DNA from: a virus
Taxonomy: Duplodnaviria; Caudoviricetes
Strand: one strand, 5' to 3'
Length of the DNA: 53,556 bases
Virus record (IMG/VR): IMGVR_UViG_3300004184_000007
Span: 1-53,556 of that record
Positions 8,056 to 15,288 of the stretch are shown here, piece after piece (position 1 is the first letter of the stretch; each line of letters opens with the position of its first letter). The position numbers and the translations under genes were made by a program. The notes beneath the pieces are model-generated. The model saw only the letters and a program-made list of their open reading frames with translations. It made no database searches and had not been told where the DNA came from.

Positions 8056-9213
8056 TCAGGCCGCGCGCGCGGGCCTCTGGATCTCCGCAGGCAGTTCCCC
8101 GTGCACCAGCGGCAATCGCCGGTAGCGGGTCACGTCCGCCGCGTTCGCCGTGCCTTCGCAGAGCGGCAGGTAGGGACAAGCCGCGCCGTACTTGAAGCAG
8201 GCGTCGGGGTTCTGCGGCACGGCGCGCACGTCCCCGCCCGCCTTCTGCACAGCCGCGCGCGTCTCTTCGATCTCGCGCACCGTGTGCCAGAGGGCCCAGC
8301 CGTGCGACTCAGACTCCTCCGCGCTCCGCACCACCTCGACGTGCGAGAGCGCGCCCTCCGGGCCGTCGTCGGCCAGCGCCATCATGCAGCGCTCCTGGTA
8401 GGCCTCGGGCGTCTCGTTGTGCTCACGCTGGCCCGACTTGAGGGCGCCGCCGGGGTCGGTCTGCACCCGACCGTCGGCGCACCATGCCCCGGCGTCGTCG
8501 TCGAAGTGCGGCGCGGGAGTGCTCTTCTTCTTCGCGCACTCCTTACAGGCGCGGTCCTTGGGCTTCGTGTACTCCCGACGATCCTCCGGCGTCGCGAGGA
8601 GCGGCCGCACGTCGGGCTTGCGCAGGATGTCCCAAAGGGCGAGGTCGGCCGGATGGCCCAGCGCCTCGCAGCCCAGGAAGTAGGTGCTCACCTGGGGGTC
8701 GAGCGTGAGGCGGGCGCGGTAGTCGGAGCCGGATCGCGTGTCCACCGAGGTGGTCTTGTGGTCGGCCAGCGCCACCCGCCCATCGGCCAGCCGCAGCACC
8801 AGGTCGATCTTCCCGGCGACCGCCCACGTCCGCGCGGCCTGCCCGGTGAGGGGGTGGCGGAGCTCGGTCGCGAAGGGCACCTCGACGCCCAGGACCGTCA
8901 CGCCGGCCGCCCAGCGGCTCCACCGGGCGTCGTAGGCCAGGAGCATGGCGGTGGCGCGGGCGTAGACGTAGGGGTCGGCCTGCAGCGGCTCGCTCGACCC
9001 GAGGGCGGAGAGGGCGCCCTCGAGGGCCCCGTAGCCGTCGACGTCCCGCCAGGCGCACCACCACGCCTCGAGGCCGCCGTGGATCGCGGTCCCGAAGGCG
9101 GTCGCGCCCGACTCCGGGGCGGTGCTCACCAGCCCGAGCTCGTACTTGTAGAAGTCCGCCCGGGGGCAGGTGCGCCGCAGCTTGATGCGCGAGCTGGTGA
9201 GCAGGTGCCTCAC
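8056..9213 (-). CDS. PD-(D/E)XK exonuclease, Cas4/AddB-like with Fe-S cysteines
   Basis: N-terminal CPR, FGTAIH, GKIDL...ADHKT catalytic motif, QVSTY, C-terminal C-x6-CPY-xx-LC. Confidence 0.85.
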   Translation of the reverse strand: MRHLLTSSRIKLRRTCPRADFYKYELGLVSTAPESGATAFGTAIHGGLEAWWCAWRDVDGYGALEGALSALGSSEPLQADPYVYARATAMLLAYDARWSRWAAGVTVLGVEVPFATELRHPLTGQAARTWAVAGKIDLVLRLADGRVALADHKTTSVDTRSGSDYRARLTLDPQVSTYFLGCEALGHPADLALWDILRKPDVRPLLATPEDRREYTKPKDRACKECAKKKSTPAPHFDDDAGAWCADGRVQTDPGGALKSGQREHNETPEAYQERCMMALADDGPEGALSHVEVVRSAEESESHGWALWHTVREIEETRAAVQKAGGDVRAVPQNPDACFKYGAACPYLPLCEGTANAADVTRYRRLPLVHGELPAEIQRPARAA

Positions 9214-9521
9214 CGCACCGCCCTCCGCTCGTCACGCCCCTCACGGTCGCGCTCGATCATCGCCTGCGCCACCATCACCATCGACTCCGACGTGAGCTGC
9301 GCGAGGGCGCGGCGCTCGGTCGCGCGGGCGCCCTGGAGCGCGTCGAAGGCCCGCAGGTAGACGGCCGCGAGCTCGGCGTCGGTGGGCGGCGGCGCCGGGA
9401 CGGTGGGGGCCGAGCGCGGGACGCCGTTCACCTCGTCGAGTCGGCAGAGGCCGCACTCGTCGGCGCCGACGGGGAGGCCCGCACGGTCGCAAGGGCAGCG
9501 GGGAGGGAGGGTGCTCAGCAC
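9210..9521 (-). CDS. Small Cys-rich (Zn-finger-like) protein
   Basis: CPC...CGLC; GTG start overlapping the upstream stop. Confidence 0.55.
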   Translation of the reverse strand: MLSTLPPRCPCDRAGLPVGADECGLCRLDEVNGVPRSAPTVPAPPPTDAELAAVYLRAFDALQGARATERRALAQLTSESMVMVAQAMIERDREGRDERRAVR

Positions 9522-9700
9522 GGCTGCACCTCGGCCCGCGCCACCTCTTCCGAGCGCTCCCAGAGCCGGTCGGCCTCGCGGTCGTACTGCGCCGCCTTGA
9601 GGGGGAGGCCTGCCATGTAGGCCTGCCACGCGAGCGACTCGGCCAGGAGCGGGCTCCGGCGCAGGATGCGGACGGACTCCGCGATGACGGCGCGGGTCAC
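9515..9700 (-). CDS. Small hypothetical protein
   Basis: GTGA coupling; GC3 bias. Confidence 0.5.
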   Translation of the reverse strand: MTRAVIAESVRILRRSPLLAESLAWQAYMAGLPLKAAQYDREADRLWERSEEVARAEVQPC

Positions 9701-10002
9701 GAGGCCACCTGCGCCGCGCTCGGGGCCTTCGCCGCCCACCCGTACCCGAGGCGCCACGTCTCGAGCTCCTCCTGGGCGTGCACCATCCCGGCCGCGCCCG
9801 CCGCCGCCATCCGCAGCGCAAAGAGCTCGCGCATCAGGTCGGGGCACTCGGCGACCACCATGGCCGCGGCGAGGCGCCCCTCGACGGCCGAGGCGATGGC
9901 GGAGGCCCGGGCGCCGGGGCGGGTGTAGGCGTCGGCCGTGTAGGCGAGCGCCGAGCGCAGGATCTCCCGCGCGAGCTCGTCGGGGTCGCGAAGCGCGCTC
10001 AT
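9697..10002 (-). CDS. Hypothetical protein
   Basis: ATGA coupling; GC3 bias. Confidence 0.6.
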   Translation of the reverse strand: MSALRDPDELAREILRSALAYTADAYTRPGARASAIASAVEGRLAAAMVVAECPDLMRELFALRMAAAGAAGMVHAQEELETWRLGYGWAAKAPSAAQVAS

Positions 10003-10403
10003 GACGCCACCCGGGCGCCGGCGGAGGGGAAGGTCGACGGCCGCACCGTCGCGACACCCGGCCGGGGCGCGTGCGGGTCGCTGCCCATGGTGGAGAGCCA
10101 GTCGATGAACTGCTCCCGGGCGCAGTCGAGGAAGGCGGAGACGTCTTCGTCGGCGCTCAACTCGGCGGCTGTGGGCTCCCCCTTATAGGAGCCGTACTCC
10201 GCGATCAGGCGGGCGCCGTCCGGGTCGGGCTCCTGGGGCGGGGTGGCGGCGCGGAGGGCGGCCATCTCGGCGGCGATCTGCTCGGCGGCGTGCTCCGCCG
10301 TGTAGTCGCCGTCGTAGGAGGCGGGGGAGTCGAGGTCGGCGGGAGGGTCGAGCTCGAGCCCTGGGAGGTGGTGAGCCTGGGTGCGGGGGAAGAACGTCGA
10401 CAT
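9999..10403 (-). CDS. Hypothetical acidic protein, first gene of the leftward early operon
   Basis: ATG 10403 with GAGG SD, downstream of the PL-like promoter. Confidence 0.6.
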   Translation of the reverse strand: MSTFFPRTQAHHLPGLELDPPADLDSPASYDGDYTAEHAAEQIAAEMAALRAATPPQEPDPDGARLIAEYGSYKGEPTAAELSADEDVSAFLDCAREQFIDWLSTMGSDPHAPRPGVATVRPSTFPSAGARVAS

Positions 10404-10446
10404 GGGCCTCGGGGCCCGGCGGGGGTTGAACCGCTGGGGTGCCCGA

Positions 10447-10499
10447 GGTGTAGCTACTGCGACGGTAGCCGTCAACAATATTTCGTCGCAAAAGCTACA
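10447..10499 (-). promoter_or_regulatory. PL-like promoter (TTGACG-17-TACACC) with two operators
   Basis: -35 at 10475-10470; operators at 10449-10464 (CGTCGCAGTAGCTACA on the - strand) and 10484-10499 (CGTCGCAAAAGCTACA). Confidence 0.7.
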
Positions 10500-10509
10500 G
10501 CCGAAAACT

Positions 10510-10995
10510 TTAGCGGGGGAGCGGCGAGCGGAGGGCGGCCGTCAAGGCCCACGCCGGGTAGAGATCAGCGCCCCCCTGGCTGCTCATGACACGGAGGAGA
10601 AACGCGGCCGTCGCGAGCCACCAGTCAGTCTCGTTGAGGTGCAGCTTCCTGCGCAGCCCCAGACCGTGCAGCAGCTCATGCAGGCACGACAGGTTGCGCT
10701 CGTAGATGTCCCCCTGCGACTGCACGAACAGCGTCGTGGCCGTCGAGGCGCCGCACCGGCCCGGGAGGTAGACGCTCACCACACGGAAGCCTGCGGCGCG
10801 GGCCAGTTCGAACGGGTCGGAGTCGAGCGGGAGCCCGCCGCACTCGCTCGGAAGGCGTTGAAGGAAGCCAGAGATCCAGCCAATCCCGAGCATCGGGCCG
10901 ACGAGCCCGATCAGCCCCCACTCGGCGCGAAGGATCGCCTCGACCTCTTCCTGCGCGGTCATGCAGGTGGGGGCTTCGGCCAGGTGGTCGTGCAT
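10510..10995 (-). CDS. ImmA/IrrE-family metallo-endopeptidase (anti-repressor)
   Basis: PLDSDPFELARAAG...ERNLSCLHELLHG...E...AAFL; HExxH motif; downstream of the XRE repressor. Confidence 0.75.
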   Translation of the reverse strand: MHDHLAEAPTCMTAQEEVEAILRAEWGLIGLVGPMLGIGWISGFLQRLPSECGGLPLDSDPFELARAAGFRVVSVYLPGRCGASTATTLFVQSQGDIYERNLSCLHELLHGLGLRRKLHLNETDWWLATAAFLLRVMSSQGGADLYPAWALTAALRSPLPR

Positions 10996-11069
10996 CCCCG
11001 GAGGGTGCCGCTGGGGCTGCGCGGCCGTCGATGTGGAATCCTTGACGCTGGACGTTCCCTGTCCGCGCC

Positions 11070-11549
11070 CTACTGGCCGCCCGCGTTGTCCTCGCGGTCC
11101 TGAAGGATCGCCTCGTACAGGCGCATCAGGAAGTCGACGGAGAGGACGGGCCTCGCGCGGCTCATCCCGATGGTCTGCATCTCCGCGATGGCCGATTCAT
11201 CGGCCGCGACGCCGCGACGCGCGAGTTTCGCCCGGAGTTCCTGCTCCCTCGTTGGGTAGAGCGGGTGCTGCCCGAGCTGGTCACCGCCGCGCAGCGCGGC
11301 CGGGTCGAGCTCGACGGACCGGCCGACGAGCGCGTCGAGACTCTGGCCCGTCACGTTCGCCATGCCGTCGAGGAGCTTCTGGCCGACGCCGCGCTTGCCG
11401 GAGAGCACGTCGGAGATCGTCGCGTGGCTCACTCCCAGGGCCTTCGCGGCGTGCGTGATGACACCGCCGAACCGCAGCGTGATCAGGTCGCGCAGGCGTC
11501 GGCGGAGGGCATCGTTCTGCGCCGCGGGGAGAGCTCGTTCGCTGGCCAT
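11070..11549 (-). CDS. XRE-family HTH immunity repressor (ImmR/CI-like, no S24 domain)
   Basis: HAAKALGVSHATISDVLSGKRGVG HTH; divergent from cro; TACGCT 7 nt upstream of ATG 11549. Confidence 0.85.
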   Translation of the reverse strand: MASERALPAAQNDALRRRLRDLITLRFGGVITHAAKALGVSHATISDVLSGKRGVGQKLLDGMANVTGQSLDALVGRSVELDPAALRGGDQLGQHPLYPTREQELRAKLARRGVAADESAIAEMQTIGMSRARPVLSVDFLMRLYEAILQDREDNAGGQ

Positions 11550-11573
11550 GCGGTGGAGCGTAAGCGGAGCGAG

Positions 11574-11792
11574 TGTCGCGGAAGCTACATCGTGCATGGC
11601 TCAACCCCTTTGGTGGCGGTAGCTACAATGCCGGAAGGTGTCGCAGAAGCTACATTGCGCATGGTCTAGCCCATTCGGAGGCGGTAGCTACGGCCGTGGA
11701 AGTCGTCGCGGAAGCTACATCGGGCGAGGCCCGGTCTTTCGGCAGCGGTAGCTACAGCAAAACTGTTGACCGATTCTGTAGCAGTAGCTACA
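11574..11792. repeat. Operator array: seven 16-bp TGTAGC-N4-GCTACA-type sites, six of them in a ~65-bp triplication
   Basis: Sites start at 11574, 11612, 11639, 11677, 11704, 11741 and 11777; the last has perfect palindromic arms (TGTAGCAGTAGCTACA). Confidence 0.85.
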
Positions 11793-11794
11793 AC
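11766..11794 (+). promoter_or_regulatory. PR-like promoter TTGACC-17-TACAAC, overlapped by an operator
   Basis: Mirror of PL; cro ATG lies 7 nt after the -10. Confidence 0.65.
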
Positions 11795-11801
11795 GCGGGT
11801 C

Positions 11802-12278
11802 ATGAGCAACCCGAACGACCCGGGCCCGCGTCTCGCCGCATGGCGCGCGGACCATGACCCGAAGATCACGCTCCAGTCCTGCGCCGACGCCGTCGGGGTG
11901 AAGCACCCGACGTGGCTGGACTGGGAAAACGGCAACCGATCCCCCGGCCTGGAGAAGGCCCTCGCGATCGAGCTCTTCACCGACGGAGCCATCAAGATCG
12001 AGGCATGGGGCTTCGACGCCAAGGTCTTCGAGACGATCCGCAGCGTCATCGCGCGGCGAGACGAGTCCGAGCCTGAGCCCGTCTTCAGCGACCTCCCCAC
12101 TCCGCCTGCCCTGCCACCTCCGCCCGCCGCCGACCCGGTCGCCGCGGCTTCCCTCGCCGCGGCGAGGGAAGCGCTCGCTGCGGATGACGCCCGGAGGAAG
12201 GACATCGTCATCAAGGCAGCGCTTGCGCGGAAGGCCGAGCGCGACGCGGCCGAGGCCGAGCGGAAGCGGGTCGCCTAG
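11802..12278 (+). CDS. Cro-like XRE HTH regulator
   Basis: TLQSCADAVGVKHPTWLDWENGNRSPGLEKALAIE HTH; first gene of the rightward operon. Confidence 0.85.
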   Translation: MSNPNDPGPRLAAWRADHDPKITLQSCADAVGVKHPTWLDWENGNRSPGLEKALAIELFTDGAIKIEAWGFDAKVFETIRSVIARRDESEPEPVFSDLPTPPALPPPPAADPVAAASLAAAREALAADDARRKDIVIKAALARKAERDAAEAERKRVA

Positions 12279-12446
12279 ATGCGCGCCTTCCTCACCCGCC
12301 ACGCCGCCGCCCTCTACATCGCGGGCGGCATCGCCCTCGTCGCGGGCGTCGCCATCGCCCTGCACGTCGCCCTGCTCGCGGGCGCCATCATCGCGGGCGT
12401 CGGCTGCGTCACCATGGGCGCCACGCACGGGCGGGTGGGGGCGTAG
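12279..12446 (+). CDS. Small membrane protein (55 aa)
   Basis: MRAFLTRHAAALYIAGGIALVAGVAIALHVALLAGAIIAGVGC..., hydrophobic; abuts both neighbours. Confidence 0.65.
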   Translation: MRAFLTRHAAALYIAGGIALVAGVAIALHVALLAGAIIAGVGCVTMGATHGRVGA

Positions 12447-12782
12447 ATGGCCCTCACCCCCGCCCAGCGCGAGGCCTCGCGCTACCTCGGGCTGCTGATC
12501 GACGAGGCGACCACATCCCGCCTCAAGATCCACGGCTTCCACGGCGCGGGCTTCGGCTGCGTCGCCCGCGGGATGGAGCCGCCCCGCTCGATCAGCAGCG
12601 CGCTGAGCGTGTGCATCGAGGAGGCCGCCGAGCCCGTGCGTCTGAGCGGCGTGGGCGGGTCGAGCGCTCAGGACGGCCCCGAGGCCGAGGGACAGGTAGA
12701 GCAGCACCAGGGCGAGGCGGGCGGCGTTCATGGAGCGAGCATCGGGCGCGCCTGCCGCAGCGGGGAGTTGGTGCCATCGTGA
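12447..12782 (+). CDS. Hypothetical protein
   Basis: TAG-ATG junction upstream, GTGA overlap downstream; C-terminal half is of doubtful coding quality. Confidence 0.45.
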   Translation: MALTPAQREASRYLGLLIDEATTSRLKIHGFHGAGFGCVARGMEPPRSISSALSVCIEEAAEPVRLSGVGGSSAQDGPEAEGQVEQHQGEAGGVHGASIGRACRSGELVPS

Positions 12783-13297
12783 AAAATCCAACCCCGCCCA
12801 CGGGCGTCTCGACCTTCGTCCCGGCGCGTGTCACCGGCCGCTACAACGCGGCCCGCGACCTCAAGGCCACCTCCCGCGCGCTGGTGAAGGCCGGGAACGC
12901 CTGGGCCTCCATCGCGCGCTGCGCGGAGATCCTGGGCATCAGCCCCGAGGGGTTCCGGCTCTTCACCGTCGACGGTGACCCGGCCATCGCGTGCGGCGAC
13001 GTGGAAGCCCTCGGCCCCCGCTTCGCTGTCCCCTTCTACCAGCGCCGCCTCGCGCGCCTCCAGGCGATGCTGCCCGCGACCCAGCGCGACCTTCGCGACC
13101 TCGCCGAGATGGCGACCGAGCGGTGCGCCGCGCTCATCAAGGGCGTGCGCGAGGCCCGCAAGGACGAGCACATCGACGAGGCCGAGTACGACGAGCTCGA
13201 CGCCCAGGCGCTGGCCGCAGAGGCCGACATCGCCGCGGTGCGCGCGGAGATCGCGCGGGGCCGGGCGGCGCTGCGGGCGAGGGAGGGCGCGCGATGA
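12779..13297 (+). CDS. CII-like phage regulatory protein
   Basis: N-terminal HTH (CAEILGISPE) and helical C-terminus with REARKDEHIDEAE, as in phage CII/CP76 proteins; located downstream of cro. Confidence 0.6.
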   Translation: MKNPTPPTGVSTFVPARVTGRYNAARDLKATSRALVKAGNAWASIARCAEILGISPEGFRLFTVDGDPAIACGDVEALGPRFAVPFYQRRLARLQAMLPATQRDLRDLAEMATERCAALIKGVREARKDEHIDEAEYDELDAQALAAEADIAAVRAEIARGRAALRAREGAR

Positions 13298-13497
13298 AGG
13301 CGAAGAAGCCCGCATCGCTCGTCGGCTCCCGCGAGTCCGCCCGCACCGCCCAGCGAGAGAAGGACACGCGCGCCTTCCTCGATACCGAGGTCGCGGGCCT
13401 CGACGACGGCGAGATGATCGACCTCGCCGACGACGCGGAAGAGGCCCTCCCGCTGACGGTGCAGATGCGCGGGATGCGCGCGGCGGAGGAGGCGTGA
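13294..13497 (+). CDS. Small hypothetical protein
   Basis: GGGAGGG SD; ATGA and GTGA coupling. Confidence 0.6.
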   Translation: MKAKKPASLVGSRESARTAQREKDTRAFLDTEVAGLDDGEMIDLADDAEEALPLTVQMRGMRAAEEA

Positions 13498-14252
13498 ACG
13501 CCCCCGCCAGCCGTCCGTCGAAGCTGCCCCCGGGCGGGCGCCTCTGGACCGATGCGGAGGAAGACCTCCTTCGCAAGCACTACCTGGAGCGCGGCCCTGC
13601 GTGGTGCGCGGAGCAGTTGCACCGCACCCAGGGGTCTGTCTGCAAGCGAGCCGAGAAGTTCAAACTCTATCGGCACTCCCGCCGGTGGACGCCCGAGGAA
13701 GACGCCATCCTGCGCCGGGAGTGGGGCGAGCTTGGGGAGCGCCGCCTGCGCGCCATCCTCCCCGGGCGCCGGTCGCCCGCCATCGCGCGCAGGGCAGAGA
13801 CGCTTGAGCTCGAGGACGCTGCGCAGGGGCTGGAGACGGTCACCGCCGCGATGAAGCGGGTCGGGATGAACCGCCGGCAGCTCCTTCGGGTGATCACCGA
13901 AGCGGGCGTCCGCGTGAAGCTTCGGGTTCGTGGGAGCGGGAAGCGGGCAACGAACCGCGGGCTCTACCGATGGCGCTGCGTCCGCCCCGATGACGTGACG
14001 GCGGCCGTCGAAGCGTGGCTCGCGCGAGGGCGCGCGACGCTCACCTGCCCCGAGGCCGCGGACCGCTGCGGCGTCTCGGAGACGACCATGCGGCGCGCGC
14101 TGCTGACGCTCGCGGCAGAGCGAGACGTCGACGGGATGCCGCAGGGGCGCCCGTGGTTCGTGTCGCCTGCGGACGCGGACGAAGCGCTGGCGCTCTACCG
14201 CTCGCGCCTCGTCGGCCGCTGGCCCGCGCATCGCGATGGAGGAGCCGCCTGA
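13494..14252 (+). CDS. DNA-binding protein with two Myb/SANT-like repeats and HTH domains
   Basis: WTDAEEDLLRKHY and WTPEEDAILRREW repeats; C-terminal EAADRCGVSETTMRR HTH. Confidence 0.7.
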   Translation: MNAPASRPSKLPPGGRLWTDAEEDLLRKHYLERGPAWCAEQLHRTQGSVCKRAEKFKLYRHSRRWTPEEDAILRREWGELGERRLRAILPGRRSPAIARRAETLELEDAAQGLETVTAAMKRVGMNRRQLLRVITEAGVRVKLRVRGSGKRATNRGLYRWRCVRPDDVTAAVEAWLARGRATLTCPEAADRCGVSETTMRRALLTLAAERDVDGMPQGRPWFVSPADADEALALYRSRLVGRWPAHRDGGAA

Positions 14253-14962
14253 TGTCGCGCTCCTCCCACCACCACTACCCGCCGCCCTCCCTCCCGCGCG
14301 CACCCCACGTCCACCCCGCGGTCGCGGAGCTGGTCGCGCAGCCGGTGGTGCAGGGCGCGGACGGGCTCGACCTGCTCCGCCAGAGCAGCAGGCCGAAGAC
14401 CACGCACGTCCTTGTCTTCGACACGGAGACCACGGGCCGCGACCACGACGCGCGGATCGTCGAGATCGCGCTGGCGAAGGTGTGCCTGGCTACAGGCGAG
14501 ATCATCAGCGCCCGCTCGTCGCTGGTGAACCCGGGCTGCGCCATCCCGCGCGAGGTGAGCGCCATTCACGGCATCACCGACGCGGCCGTCCGCCAGAGTC
14601 CCTCCATCGTCGACGTGCTCCCGAAGGTGCTCGCGCTGGCCGTCAAGAGCGGCCTCGTGATGGTCGCGCACAACGCGTCCTTCGACCTCGCGCGCATCCG
14701 CTACGAGGCCCAGCGCTGCGACGTCAGCCTCCCCGGCACCATCCCCGTCTACTGCTCGCTCAAAGCCTCCCGGCTGCTCCACCGCACCACCGGGCACGGG
14801 CTCGCGGTGGTCGCCCAGCGCTACGGCGTCACGGTGGCGGACGCGCACCGGGCCATGGGTGACGTCACCATGCTCGCGGCCGTGCTCCCGCACCTGCTGA
14901 AGAGGCCGGACGCGCAGGGGCGGGACTTCCGCGAGTGCTTCCCGCTGGAGGCGATGCTGTGA
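14252..14962 (+). CDS. DEDDh 3'-5' exonuclease (DnaQ/epsilon-like)
   Basis: ExoI VFDTETTG, IHGIT, ExoII AHNASFD, ExoIII HRAMGD. Confidence 0.92.
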   Translation: MSRSSHHHYPPPSLPRAPHVHPAVAELVAQPVVQGADGLDLLRQSSRPKTTHVLVFDTETTGRDHDARIVEIALAKVCLATGEIISARSSLVNPGCAIPREVSAIHGITDAAVRQSPSIVDVLPKVLALAVKSGLVMVAHNASFDLARIRYEAQRCDVSLPGTIPVYCSLKASRLLHRTTGHGLAVVAQRYGVTVADAHRAMGDVTMLAAVLPHLLKRPDAQGRDFRECFPLEAML

Positions 14963-15288
14963 GCGCGCAGCCGCTGGCCGAGGGCGTGAAGTACGACGCC
15001 GGGAAGGAGCCCTGGTCGCTCCTCCCGTGGGATGCCACGACGCTGGTCGTGCGCGTGCTCGACTTCGGCGCACGGAAGTACGCGCCCGACAACTGGCGCA
15101 AGGTGCCCGACGCGCCCTCGCGCTACTTCGACGCGTCCATCCGCCACCTCTCGGCGTGGCGTCGCGGGGAGAAGCTCGATGCCGAGACCGGGCTCCCGCA
15201 CCTCGCCCACGCCGCGTGCTGCGTGCTGTTCATGCTGGCGTTGGAGCACCCGATGCCGGTGGCGAGCACGGACGGCGGTGCGCCATGA
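14959..15288 (+). CDS. DUF5664 dATP/dGTP diphosphohydrolase-like protein
   Basis: GVKYDAGK...GARKYAPDNWRK...RHL...GEKLDAETGLPHLAHAAC. Confidence 0.88.
   Translation: MSAQPLAEGVKYDAGKEPWSLLPWDATTLVVRVLDFGARKYAPDNWRKVPDAPSRYFDASIRHLSAWRRGEKLDAETGLPHLAHAACCVLFMLALEHPMPVASTDGGAP

Noticed and set aside
11550-11597. ORF-track start of the repressor at 11597
   Set aside because: It would overlap the first operator; ATG 11549 has a correctly placed -10 and gives a typical XRE N-terminus.
11574-11768. 65-bp periodicity as a mini CRISPR array
   Set aside because: The 'spacers' are homologous to each other, the conserved parts are palindromic operators also found at PL, and there is no cas operon.
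14959-15288. 2-aminoadenine (Z) genome pathway
   Set aside because: No purZ, datZ or dedicated polymerase in the window; an integrated prophage replicated by the host also argues against it.
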